From Nitrosopumilus sp. (lineage in GTDB: Archaea > Thermoproteota > Nitrososphaeria > Nitrososphaerales > Nitrosopumilaceae), in assembly GCA_013911135.1 (NCBI GenBank), contig JACERO010000070.1:15263-79262 (forward strand): 64,000 nt of DNA, given 5' to 3'. Both the position numbers and the translations under genes were made by a program. This document shows, piece by piece, positions 1-9,407 of this stretch (positions are counted from its first letter, which is position 1; the number at the start of each line of letters is the position of its first letter). The notes below the pieces were generated by a model. The model ran no database searches and was not told the origin of the DNA. It was given only the letters and a program-made list of their open reading frames with translations.

Positions 1-312
1 ATCAGAAATTTCTTTGAGTGCATCTGTTTGATCAATCATTCCTTTTGCAGCTAATTCAGCATTTAGTAAAATTGGTTGAAGAGGACTTTTTAGCTCATGT
101 ACTGCAATGTTAAGAAAATCATCTTTTTGTTTATTTTGATCAATGAGAAGTTTGTTTTGTTCCTTTAGTTCTTGAATCTCTTTTGATTGAGATGATAGGA
201 TCGCATTCATTAATTGATCTGCAGTATTTGCTGGTTTTTCTTTTGCAACTGGAGTCACTGGTTTTTCTTTTGTAACTGGAGTCACTGGTTTTTCTTTTGC
301 AACTTGTGCCAT
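1..312 (-). CDS. Histidine kinase, N-terminal part (HisKA H-box); runs off the window edge
   Basis: Manual translation from ATG at 312: MAQVAKEKPVTPVTKEKPVTPVAKEKPANTADQLMNAILSSQSKEIQELKEQNKLLIDQNKQKDDFLNIAVHELKSPLQPIL. The KDDFLNIAVHELKSPL segment is a typical H-box. Not in the ORF track. Confidence 0.8.
   Translation of the reverse strand, partial: MAQVAKEKPVTPVTKEKPVTPVAKEKPANTADQLMNAILSSQSKEIQELKEQNKLLIDQNKQKDDFLNIAVHELKSPLQPILLNAELAAKGMIDQTDALKEISD
231..305. repeat. 27-bp tandem repeat (about 2.7 copies) encoding a VAKEKPVTP-type peptide in the kinase N-terminus
   Basis: ctggtttttcttttg(c/t)aactggagtca starts at 231, 258 and 285 (last copy partial). Confidence 0.9.
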
Positions 313-501
313 TATTTTTTTGTCATAAAACGGGTAATAATCATCTGTTTGTTTTATTCAGACAAATAAAATTCAGAGTATTCTAGAATTAGATAAGACT
401 CTTGAAGTAGGATTGTTCATAATTTGTATCTAGATCGCTTTTTACCAACATATTCCTGTTTATCTACTGCCAAAGGTGTTTTGAATTAAATATCCCTTTT
501 T

Positions 502-774
502 TTGACTATCAGTATGGAAATTCACGTATATGATACCTATGTCAAAGCAGCAGATGGTCATACCATGCACTTTGATGTTATCACTGGTGAAAAAGATCAC
601 GATAAAGCCATCACATATGGCAAAGAGTGGTTAAAGTCAGTTAATGAGGAAAATGCAGAGATGACAACAAACGAGTGTCAATTCTGCCATTCATCACAAA
701 ATACACCAGAGCCTGTTGAGCAGGCAATTAAGGAAAAAGGCTACTTTATCCAAAAAATGGAAGGCTGTCCTTAA
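502..774 (+). CDS. DUF2024-family protein (probable start ATG at 514)
   Basis: IHVYDTYVKAADGHTMHFDV N-terminal motif plus C-terminal CQFCHS. Confidence 0.7.
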   Translation: MTISMEIHVYDTYVKAADGHTMHFDVITGEKDHDKAITYGKEWLKSVNEENAEMTTNECQFCHSSQNTPEPVEQAIKEKGYFIQKMEGCP

Positions 775-823
775 AACACTTTTTTCCCTTTTTCTAAAGA
801 TATATTTTTTAGATTAATAATAA

Positions 824-1012
824 AAACAACATTCAGATCACAAGTATTCAAAGTGTACAATAGAAGGAGATAAAAAAACAAAATGGATTTGCGGTTGTTT
901 TCTAACAGTAGATGATTATTTCAAATTCTGCGATATGCATAATGAAACTTTGAAAAAAGCAAATCAAGCTCAGGTTGATGAATTAGATATGACTCTACTT
1001 GTTGAAGATTAG
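824..1012 (+). other. Open frame without a start codon; possible small Cys-containing protein or its remnant
   Basis: 62 sense codons KQHSDHKYSKCTIEGDKKTKWICGCFLTVDDYFKFCDMHNETLKKANQAQVDELDMTLLVED*. The stop overlaps the hppA stop by 4 nt. Confidence 0.3.
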
Positions 1013-3048
1013 ATAGCAAGTATTGCAACAAATGCAGATACAAAGACTATAGCAATTGTATTTAGTAATTTAATGACAGTGTTTAGTGCAGGTCCTGCAG
1101 TGTCTTTGTAAGGATCACCAATAATATCACCTACGACTGCAATTTTATGTACTTCAGAGCCTTTTTCTCCTTTCATTTCGATTAGTTTCTTTGCATTATC
1201 CCATGCACCACCAGTGTTTGCCAAGTGGTATGCCAACAAAATTCCAGTAATAACTGCACCCATCAATAATCCTGCTACTGCAGTTGGACCTAACAATATT
1301 CCCAAAATTATTGGAGCAGTAATTGCAACAATTGCTGGTTTCCAAAGTTCTTTAATTGATGCCACAGTAGCAATATCTACACATTTAGCATAATCTGGTT
1401 TTGATGTTCCTTCAAGAATTCCAGTATCTGCTTTGAATTGTCGTCTAACTTCATCTGCCATTTTTCCTGCAGCCCTTGATACACCGTTAACGAGTTGACT
1501 TGTAATGATAAATGGAATTAAACCGCCAATTAGCAAACCAACAATAATTGCAGGATTAGTCAAACTGTAATCTAATTCTAATACACCTGCAAAGACATGA
1601 GCCGCTTCGAACTGAAATGCTTGAATCATGGCAAGTGCAGCTAATGCAGCACTTGCAATAGCAAATCCCTTTGTAACTGCTTTAGTAGTATTTCCAACTG
1701 CATCAATTTCATTTGTAACTTTACGATTTTCCTCACCCATTCCAGTCATCTCAACAATACCACCAGCATTATCTGCAATTGGACCAAATGCATCAATACT
1801 TAGAACAATTCCTGCAAGACTCAACATTGCCATTGCAGTCAATGCTGTTCCAAATATTCCATACAGTACTGGGTCTGCACCTTCAGGAGCTGCACAAGAT
1901 GCAAGACTATAAGATACAATAATTGCAACCACTAATGCAATCATAAATGGTCCTGTTGATTGCATGCCTTTGATAATTCCCATTAATGTTAATGATGCAT
2001 AACCCCACTTTGCAGAGTCCGCAATTTCTATTACAGGCTTTTTTTGATAACTAGTGTAATAGTTTGTAATTTTTTGAATTACTGGTACAAGAATTACACC
2101 AATTACAGTAGAACCAAACAAAGCATATGCAGTATTTGATTCATCAATAAATTGTGTAATAAATACAAAGTTTAATCCAATTGCGATAGCTGCTGAAACA
2201 TAAAATGAACGATTAAGCGGCTTCATTACATCTGTGACATTCTTAGAGCCAACAATTACAACGCCAATAATTGATGCTATCATTCCAGAAGTACCAATTA
2301 AAAGTGGATAAAGGAAAAAGTTTGGAGCACCAATTAATGCTGCAATTAGTAATGCTGCAAGTACTGTAATAATATAAGATTCATAAATATCAGAGCCCAT
2401 TCCTGCTGCATCACCAACATTATCTCCTACATTATCTGCAATAGTTGCAGGGTTTCTAGGATCATCTTCAGGAATATTTACCTCAACTTTTCCTACTAAA
2501 TCTGCACCCATATCTGCAGCCTTTGTAAAAATACCGCCACCAATTCTAATGAATAATGCAATAAGACTAGCACCAATTCCAACACCTGCTATTGTAATTG
2601 GATCTGGGTAAATCATGTAAAGACCAGTAATTGCTAATAATGCCATAGCAGGAACTACAAGTCCAACTGTAGCACCGCCTCTAAAGGCCATAACAAATGT
2701 TTTTCCTAATCCGCTACCACTCAAATTTGCAGCCCTTACTGCTGCTTTAACTGTAATTTTTAATGAAACTATACCTGCAACTGCTGAAAGTGTTGCACCT
2801 ACTGCAAATGCGATTCCATTGGAAGGAGTCAAGAATGCACCAATAATTATGGTCATAGCAATAGCAACTGGAATTATAATTTTCATTTCTCGTTTTAGAA
2901 ATGCTGCTGCACCTTCTTTGACAGCATCTGAAATATCTGTCATTTCTTTTGTACCAGGAGGTTGCTTCATGATCCAAAAAACTAGGCCCCCAGCGACTAA
3001 AAATGATATAATGCCTGCAATAAATGGCAGAATTTCTGGGATCTCCAT
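1009..3048 (-). CDS. hppA: Membrane-bound H+-translocating pyrophosphatase, K+-independent type
   Basis: GGIFTKAADMGADLVGKVE, DNVGDNVGD and GGAWDNAKK motifs, many TM helices. GNTTKA has Lys at the K+-dependence determinant. Confidence 0.95.
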   Translation of the reverse strand: MEIPEILPFIAGIISFLVAGGLVFWIMKQPPGTKEMTDISDAVKEGAAAFLKREMKIIIPVAIAMTIIIGAFLTPSNGIAFAVGATLSAVAGIVSLKITVKAAVRAANLSGSGLGKTFVMAFRGGATVGLVVPAMALLAITGLYMIYPDPITIAGVGIGASLIALFIRIGGGIFTKAADMGADLVGKVEVNIPEDDPRNPATIADNVGDNVGDAAGMGSDIYESYIITVLAALLIAALIGAPNFFLYPLLIGTSGMIASIIGVVIVGSKNVTDVMKPLNRSFYVSAAIAIGLNFVFITQFIDESNTAYALFGSTVIGVILVPVIQKITNYYTSYQKKPVIEIADSAKWGYASLTLMGIIKGMQSTGPFMIALVVAIIVSYSLASCAAPEGADPVLYGIFGTALTAMAMLSLAGIVLSIDAFGPIADNAGGIVEMTGMGEENRKVTNEIDAVGNTTKAVTKGFAIASAALAALAMIQAFQFEAAHVFAGVLELDYSLTNPAIIVGLLIGGLIPFIITSQLVNGVSRAAGKMADEVRRQFKADTGILEGTSKPDYAKCVDIATVASIKELWKPAIVAITAPIILGILLGPTAVAGLLMGAVITGILLAYHLANTGGAWDNAKKLIEMKGEKGSEVHKIAVVGDIIGDPYKDTAGPALNTVIKLLNTIAIVFVSAFVAILAI

Positions 3049-3084
3049 GTTATACTTTGCTTGCCTTAGTCTGGGAAATATAAA

Positions 3085-3462
3085 TCAATGAGGGAGAACT
3101 TCTTTTCTTTTTTTGTATGGTGAAAATGTTTTTTCTCTAAGTCCTTGCCTTACCAATTTGTTGAATCTTTTACCATGGGATAGATATGGGAATCTCATAT
3201 GGATCAATTCATGAACAATAGTATTTTCTAGAGTTTTCTCATCTGGGATTTTTCGGACATTAATAAAAACTAGATTATGTTGAAGATAAGATACTCCATA
3301 ATACTTGTAGGCGGATGTTCTTAATCCATCTGTCATTTCACGTGGCATGTCAAGCACCTCTTTTGTTACAAACAAAATCTTAGGCTCTTGAATAGAGAAC
3401 CTATTAGAATAAATTCCAACTTTCTCTAGAATTTGCAATTTAAGGTCAGGATCCAGCTTCAC
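3085..3462 (-). CDS. Small putative zinc metallopeptidase-like protein (HEXXH; YgjP/SprT-like)
   Basis: TIVHELIHMRFPYLSHGKRF: HEXXH plus a downstream His. Confidence 0.55.
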   Translation of the reverse strand: MKLDPDLKLQILEKVGIYSNRFSIQEPKILFVTKEVLDMPREMTDGLRTSAYKYYGVSYLQHNLVFINVRKIPDEKTLENTIVHELIHMRFPYLSHGKRFNKLVRQGLREKTFSPYKKRKEVLPH

Positions 3463-3614
3463 ATAGAAAGATCATAAAATGTGTGTTTATTTGGAAATGT
3501 CAATTGTTATGAGATATTTGGTTTATTTTGATTCTTCAAAATTATGAATTAATAGGGTCAGAGTTTTAGTAGTGTAATCATTAATCATACAGCCACCGTC
3601 TCATCACACCCCAA

Positions 3615-4109
3615 TTATCTCATTGAGTCAAGTAATTTCTGTGTTTTATTTCTAATTTCTGGAGTGATTTTGACTATAACTAATCCTTCATTTGGTTGAC
3701 CATACAATACTATAGAATTTTCAGGAGCGTAAACACAAACAGATATCACTAAGAGATCTTCTTCACCATTAACATTGATTCGCACCGGAGGCTTCATAGT
3801 AAAAGCCTGTTTGATAATGACTATACTTTGAGAAGTAATTTCGGCTGCAGGGTTATCTACAGTTAATTCAGTAGCATTTGCTAGTTTTGGAGGCTCTCTT
3901 TTTGTTCTTTTTTCCTGACTGTCAATTATTTGCAGAGAAGGAATCAAACCAAACTCAATCATCTTTTCAGTGGTTCTATCACCAACTGTAATTACATAGG
4001 AATTTTCTGAGAGATGTTTTTTGATATTTGTTTTATCAACTTGACTTTCAGGTAAGAGTATCCCTAAAGGAATTTTCAATTGGTCTCTTAGAGAATCAGG
4101 TAATTTCAC
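3615..4109 (-). CDS. GTP-dependent dephospho-CoA kinase (DUF359 family)
   Basis: LRDQLKIPLG, VITVGDRTT, VNGEEDLL and LYGQPNEG motifs. Confidence 0.85.
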   Translation of the reverse strand: MKLPDSLRDQLKIPLGILLPESQVDKTNIKKHLSENSYVITVGDRTTEKMIEFGLIPSLQIIDSQEKRTKREPPKLANATELTVDNPAAEITSQSIVIIKQAFTMKPPVRINVNGEEDLLVISVCVYAPENSIVLYGQPNEGLVIVKITPEIRNKTQKLLDSMR

Positions 4110-4120
4110 AGGAATCGGGA

Positions 4121-5257
4121 CTAGGTAGAAGTACTTGCCTCGGGTGCAGGTTTTTTTGCAGAGTTTTCAGATTCTTGTTCAGTGCTTTCAGATTTCATCT
4201 CTTCTTGTAGTTTTGCTGCTTGAATACTACATTGTGCTGCAATATTTTTTGCACTTGTTCTAAAAGCAACTGCACCTGGAGATTCAGGATCTGTAATCAT
4301 AATTGGTTTACCTAAATCAGAACCAGACATGATTCCAGAGTTTAATGGAATTTCACCTAAGAAAGGCATGTTAAATTGTTCACTAATTTTCTTTGCTCCT
4401 CCTTCACCAAAAATATAGTGTTTCTCATCACAGTTTGGACAAATAAAGTGACTCATGTTTTCAACAACTCCAAGAAGTGGAACATTTAGTTTTTCAAACA
4501 TTCCAACTGCTTTGACTGCAACATTACTTGCAACATCTTGTGGAGTTGTAATAACAAGAATACCAGTGATTGGAATTGTTTGTGCAAGTGTTAATGGAAT
4601 ATCACCAGTACCGGGTGGAAGATCTACAATAAGATAATCCAAATCAGCCCAATTAGTATCAACTAAAAATTGTTTCAGAATTCCAGAGATAATTGGACCA
4701 CGATAGATTGCTGCTTGGTGTGATTGTTCTGCAAAGAAACCAAATGATACAACCTTTAGTCCATTTGATTCAGCGGGTTGAAGTTTGTTGTCTTCAACTT
4801 CCATGAATGCATCTTTCATTCCAAGCATCAATGGAATACTAGGACCATAGATATCAGCATCTAACAATCCAACTTTAGCTCCTGTTTGAGATAATGCCAA
4901 AGCCAAATTCAATGAAACAGTTGATTTTCCTACTCCTCCTTTTCCACTTGCAACACCAATAATGTTTTTGACAGTTGCCATTCCAGTATCTGCATCAAGT
5001 GAACGACCCTCCATTACTTTGGCAGTCACATTCATATCAAAATTTTTCAACTCAGAAATTTCGCCAATTGCTTTTCTAACATCCTCCTCGATTTCGACAT
5101 TGAAAGGACATGCAGGAGTAGTTAATTCTAAAGTAAATTTCAAATTACCATCATTTAGTTCTAGATCTTTTATCATACCCATTGATACAATGTCTTTTTT
5201 CAAATCAGGATCAATTACTGTACTTAGTTTTTCAAGAACTTGATCGATTCCAACCAT
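4121..5257 (-). CDS. Mrp/NBP35 (ApbC) Fe-S cluster carrier ATPase with an N-terminal DUF59-like domain
   Basis: N-terminal DPDL..DIVSMG..LTTPACP, deviant Walker A GKGGVGKS, DLPPGTGD and CPNC. Confidence 0.93.
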   Translation of the reverse strand: MVGIDQVLEKLSTVIDPDLKKDIVSMGMIKDLELNDGNLKFTLELTTPACPFNVEIEEDVRKAIGEISELKNFDMNVTAKVMEGRSLDADTGMATVKNIIGVASGKGGVGKSTVSLNLALALSQTGAKVGLLDADIYGPSIPLMLGMKDAFMEVEDNKLQPAESNGLKVVSFGFFAEQSHQAAIYRGPIISGILKQFLVDTNWADLDYLIVDLPPGTGDIPLTLAQTIPITGILVITTPQDVASNVAVKAVGMFEKLNVPLLGVVENMSHFICPNCDEKHYIFGEGGAKKISEQFNMPFLGEIPLNSGIMSGSDLGKPIMITDPESPGAVAFRTSAKNIAAQCSIQAAKLQEEMKSESTEQESENSAKKPAPEASTST

Positions 5258-5280
5258 TATGGGAAAAAGTCAATTTACAT

Positions 5281-5288
5281 TATTTAAA
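5281..5288 (-). promoter_or_regulatory. Archaeal TATA box upstream of the Mrp gene
   Basis: TTTAAATA on the minus strand about 24 nt before the ATG at 5257, consistent with a leaderless or short-leader transcript. Confidence 0.5.
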
Positions 5289-5380
5289 CATAGGTCAGAC
5301 AACAAAAGAAATTATCAATTGCTTGCAAAATCAGCAAAATCTTTGAGAATTTAAGCCTAAATCATCCAAAGATTCATAAA

Positions 5381-6001
5381 TTGAAATTCAAAAAAAATAG
5401 ACACTTGTTTTCTATATCTACCCTAGTTGATGTTGTTAGGATTCCTCCAAACTTGTTTGGAACTACACTCAAAAAGGCAGGAATGAACATTCTCAAAGAA
5501 AAGTATGAGAGCATGATTAGTGCAGACTTGGGATATATCATTATGATTTTAGATGCTAAAGTTGATGAAATGGGAAAGATGATTGCAGGTAACGGCGGAA
5601 CATTCCATAAAGTTGAATTTGAAGTATTAACATTTTATCCAAAATTACAAGAAATTGTTCTAGGAGAAATTGTAGATATTACAGACTTTGGTGCATTTGT
5701 AAGAATTGGTCCAACTGATGCATTACTTCACTTGTCACAAGTGATGGATGATTATCTTAAGAGTGATGTAAAGTCTGGAATGATTTTAGCTAATCAAAGT
5801 GGTAGAACACTCAAAGTTGGTTCAACACTTCGTGCAAGAATCACTGCAGTCTCATTAGGAAAAGCTGCTTCAATGGGTAAGATAGGAATTACATGCAGAC
5901 AACCATTCCTTGGTGCAGACGCTTGGATTGCTGAAGAGATTAAGAAATCTAGCGGTGAGAAAGACAAACCTGCAAAAGAAGCTAAAGTAGAGGCAAGTTA
6001 A
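5381..6001 (+). CDS. rpo7: DNA-directed RNA polymerase subunit Rpo7 (E'); probable start TTG at 5405
   Basis: VVRIPPNLFG N-terminus and S1 domain EIVDITDFGAFVRIGPTDALLHLSQV. Confidence 0.95.
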   Translation: MKFKKNRHLFSISTLVDVVRIPPNLFGTTLKKAGMNILKEKYESMISADLGYIIMILDAKVDEMGKMIAGNGGTFHKVEFEVLTFYPKLQEIVLGEIVDITDFGAFVRIGPTDALLHLSQVMDDYLKSDVKSGMILANQSGRTLKVGSTLRARITAVSLGKAASMGKIGITCRQPFLGADAWIAEEIKKSSGEKDKPAKEAKVEAS

Positions 6002-6002
6002 G

Positions 6003-6191
6003 ATGGCACGAGAAATGGCATGCAGAAAATGCAAAGCTGTAACAACAGGAAAAATTTGTCCGGTTTGTAAATCATCAGACTTGACACCTGATTGGAATGG
6101 AATTGTACTTGTAGTTGATCCAACAAACTCAGAAATTTCAAAAACACTCGGCATTACTCAAAAAGGCAAGTATGCTATCAAAGTAACATAA
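6003..6191 (+). CDS. spt4: Transcription elongation factor Spt4 (RpoE'')
   Basis: ACRKCK..CPVCKS..W.G zinc ribbon and G.YAIKV end; directly follows rpo7. Confidence 0.93.
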   Translation: MAREMACRKCKAVTTGKICPVCKSSDLTPDWNGIVLVVDPTNSEISKTLGITQKGKYAIKVT

Positions 6192-6231
6192 AATATTTCT
6201 AAATCTTAAATTACATTAGTATTTTATCATC

Positions 6232-7050
6232 ATGTTGTCATTTAATTCAAAAAAACAATTATTGCAATTTCTTGCAGAAGATATAGGTAAAGGAGATATC
6301 ACAAGTGCTCTTTTATCTAAGAGAAGAATTTCAGCTAAAATTATTTCAAGAGAAAATGGCATTATTGCAGGTACAACCTATGCAAAAAAAATTTTTAAAC
6401 TTAATGGATGTAACTCTAAAATTTTAAAAAAAGATGGGTCTAGAATAAAATCAAACCAAATTATAATGATAATTACAGGAGATGTAAGAAAAATTTTGAC
6501 ATGTGAAAGAACTGTACTAAACATTCTTACAAGAATGAGTGGAATTGCAACCCAAACAAATGAACTTGTGAAAAAAATCCCAAAGAAAACAAAATTGTAT
6601 GCAACAAGAAAGACTGCTCCAGGTCTTCGATACTTTGACAAAGAAGCAGTAGAGATAGGAGGAGGTAAAAAACACAGACTTAGGTTAGATGAAATGGTGA
6701 TGATTAAAGATAATCACATTACTGTGGAAAATTCATTATTATCCATAATTAAAAAAGCAAAGAAAAAATACAAAAAATTTGAGGTTGAAGTTGAAAATAC
6801 TTCAGATGCAATTCTTGCTGCAAAAGAAGGAGTAACAATAGTTATGTTAGATAATTTTTCTCCAAATCAAATCAAGAAAACAATTAAGGTTCTCAAGAAT
6901 CAAAAATTACGAAATAAAGTAATGCTTGAAGCATCAGGAGGAATAAATTTCAAGAATATATCCAAATATGGTCAAACTGGAGTTGATATTATTTCAGTTG
7001 GCAGTATTACAAATTCTGTTAAAGGAATTGACATGAGTTTAGAAATTTAA
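6232..7050 (+). CDS. nadC: Quinolinate phosphoribosyltransferase
   Basis: EDIGKGDITS, TRKTAPGLR, HRLRLDEMVMIKDNH, EVEVE, MLDNF and EASGG motifs. Confidence 0.95.
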   Translation: MLSFNSKKQLLQFLAEDIGKGDITSALLSKRRISAKIISRENGIIAGTTYAKKIFKLNGCNSKILKKDGSRIKSNQIIMIITGDVRKILTCERTVLNILTRMSGIATQTNELVKKIPKKTKLYATRKTAPGLRYFDKEAVEIGGGKKHRLRLDEMVMIKDNHITVENSLLSIIKKAKKKYKKFEVEVENTSDAILAAKEGVTIVMLDNFSPNQIKKTIKVLKNQKLRNKVMLEASGGINFKNISKYGQTGVDIISVGSITNSVKGIDMSLEI

Positions 7051-7451
7051 GAATTCAATTGCCTCAATAATTCAGATACTGCCTTATTTTTTGGATCAAT
7101 TTCCAAAATTTTCTCACAGCATGGAATTACTTGTTTATCTTCACCTAGTTTTTGATGAGAGTACGCTTTCAAAAGCAATACATCAACATCATATGCACCA
7201 ATGTTAAGGGATTTTTGTCAAGGTATGAAATAGCAATCTTGTACTTGTTTTGTAGATAATAAATTCCACCTACCATAAACAAAGCATCAATGATGATTTG
7301 GTACTTTTTTTAATAATTCTATGCCTGCTTTTAGAGATTCATCATATTTTTTTGCTTTGAGTAATTTTTTAAATTCTTTAAATTTTTTAATATTGTTTTT
7401 TAATTCAGGATTTTTTGTGGTTCTACTAAATAATCCAACCAAAATACTCAT
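7047..7451 (-). pseudogene. TPR-repeat protein disrupted by two frameshifts
   Basis: MSILVGLFSRTTKNPELK..KYDESLKAGIELLKKVPNH, then +1 nt; IDALFMVGGIYYLQNKYKIAISYLDK, then +2 A; SLNIGAYDVDVLLLKAYSHQKLGE..EKILEIDPKNK. TPR-like helices. Confidence 0.75.
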
Positions 7452-7456
7452 GCGGT

Positions 7457-8413
7457 TTATTTAATTTCAAGCATTCTATTAATTGCCAAACGAGCCTTAT
7501 CAGCAATTTCTTTAGGAACAGTGATCACATGTTTTTCATTTACTAATGCATCATATATTTTTTCAAGTGTAATCATCTTCATGTATTGACATTCAGCTTT
7601 GTCTGATGCAGGAATGAATGTTTTGGTAGGATTGTCTTTTCTCATTCTATATAATATTCCAGTTTCAGTAGCAACAACAAAGTTCTTTGATTTTGATTTA
7701 GTGACATGTTTTAACATTCCTTCGGTAGAAAGAATTGAAACTTTTTTGTCATCAAAACTTCCATCTGCAACATCATACATCATTGGAGTAGTACAACCAC
7801 ACTCTGGATGAATTACAAATTCAGTATCTTTCATTGAATCTAATTTTTTAGTAATATCCTCAGGAGTTATTCCTGCATGAACATGACATTCACCTGCCCA
7901 TATACGCATATTTTTTCTTCCAGTCATTTTTGCAACATAAGAACCAAGAAACATATCAGGTAAAAATAAAATTTCTTTTTCTTCAGGAATTGTTTTTACA
8001 ACATTTACAGCATTTGATGATGTACAACAATAATCAAGTTCTGCTTTAATTTCTGCAGTTGTATTAACATAACCTACTACAATGGCATCTGGATGTTGTT
8101 TCTTCCAATTTTGTAGTTCATCAACAGTAATAGAGTCAGACAGTGAACATCCAGCTTCTAAATCTGGAAGTAAAACTTTTTTTTCAGGGCTGATGATTGC
8201 AGCAGTTTCTGCCATAAAATTTACACCACAAAATAGAATTGTTTTTTGTTCAACTTTTGCTGCTTGTCTTGAAAGACCCAAAGAATCACCAGTAAAATCA
8301 GCTACGTCTTGTACTTCAGGGATTTGGTAATTATGTGCCAAAATGATCACATCTTTTTCTTTCTTGAGTTTTAGAATCTCGTCTTTGAGTTTTGAAGATT
8401 GTTGTACTAGCAT
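7457..8413 (-). CDS. nadA: Quinolinate synthase
   Basis: ILAHNYQ, GDSLGL, FCGVNFMAET, AGCSL, CHVH and HPEC motifs. Confidence 0.96.
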   Translation of the reverse strand: MLVQQSSKLKDEILKLKKEKDVIILAHNYQIPEVQDVADFTGDSLGLSRQAAKVEQKTILFCGVNFMAETAAIISPEKKVLLPDLEAGCSLSDSITVDELQNWKKQHPDAIVVGYVNTTAEIKAELDYCCTSSNAVNVVKTIPEEKEILFLPDMFLGSYVAKMTGRKNMRIWAGECHVHAGITPEDITKKLDSMKDTEFVIHPECGCTTPMMYDVADGSFDDKKVSILSTEGMLKHVTKSKSKNFVVATETGILYRMRKDNPTKTFIPASDKAECQYMKMITLEKIYDALVNEKHVITVPKEIADKARLAINRMLEIK

Positions 8414-8506
8414 AAACCATAAAAAATTGCAGATATAGAGATTTAAAGAATAGGAAGTAGTCTATAATTCTCTAAAAAACTACCAAATGTGGCAATTATT
8501 GCCATA

Positions 8507-9325
8507 TTAGGTACCAATCTGAATGTCATCTGAGCAATATTTTCTCAGAGCTTCAATTGCAGATAAAATTGCCAATCTACTTGTTTTCGGATTATTAACA
8601 TCTGGAAAATTTTCAATTGTAAAGGTCATCTTTCCAAATTTTCCTGCAGCTTCAATGTGATGAGTATTTTTGTCAGTGTTTGGATCAGCGACAATTTTTA
8701 CACTTGTTTTTTCACTACCTATTCCTGACAATGATAAAAGTGCAGCAACATTAATGTTAGCAGGAAACAAAGAGACAACCTCTTTTGCAGTTCCTTCAAA
8801 GATAGTTGTAGTAAAGTTGATTGTATCTAAATCAATTTCAGAATTTTCAAAAAACTTGGCACCTTTAAGAGAACGTGGGTGTTTTGTTGTAGTAATAGAC
8901 AGGGATTCTAATTCATCTTTGATTGATTTTATTCCATCCAGTCCCGCAATTGCACCTGAAGGAAGATAGATTGTTTTTTTGAAATCATTACATGCATCTG
9001 ATAAAATATCATAGATAGATTCGTCAAGTAATGCACCAACACTCATAATCATCAAGTCACGTTTATTTTGTAAAACACTTAGTGCGACATCCTTTACAGC
9101 ATCCTGAGAAGCAGCTTCAACTATAATGTGTACGGGATGTGAAGATAAAAGATGAGAGTTTTCAACAATTTCAGGTTTTGTATTTAATTTTGAAACAAGC
9201 TTAAGTGCCGCATCTTTAGAGTTGTCATAAACATGAGTTAGAATACCCGGAATCTTACCTGAATCAATTGCAAGTGCAATTTGAGTACCTATTGCTCCAC
9301 AACCCAATAAACCAATTTTTTTCAA
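8507..9325 (-). CDS. nadX: L-aspartate dehydrogenase
   Basis: GCGAIG Rossmann motif, EAASQ, PSGAIAGLD, FPANINVAA and NPKTS; sits next to nadA. Confidence 0.93.
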   Translation of the reverse strand: MKKIGLLGCGAIGTQIALAIDSGKIPGILTHVYDNSKDAALKLVSKLNTKPEIVENSHLLSSHPVHIIVEAASQDAVKDVALSVLQNKRDLMIMSVGALLDESIYDILSDACNDFKKTIYLPSGAIAGLDGIKSIKDELESLSITTTKHPRSLKGAKFFENSEIDLDTINFTTTIFEGTAKEVVSLFPANINVAALLSLSGIGSEKTSVKIVADPNTDKNTHHIEAAGKFGKMTFTIENFPDVNNPKTSRLAILSAIEALRKYCSDDIQIGT

Positions 9326-9407
9326 GTGTTTGTTTTAGGATTAGTCTCTTAATTAATTCTAGTCTACAGAGACCATCAGATTTGAATTCAAATTAGTAGA
9401 ACACTTT

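Noticed and set aside
1628-3091. Antisense or alternate-frame ORFs over hppA (1628, 2747, 2819), representative of the many 60-140 aa shadow ORFs in the track
   Set aside because: They lie fully inside well-supported genes, have no motifs, and are expected from codon bias on the opposite strand.
3540-3614. Possible tRNA or sRNA between the HEXXH gene and the dephospho-CoA kinase gene
   Set aside because: No cloverleaf, T-loop (GTTCRA) or C/D box pair could be found.
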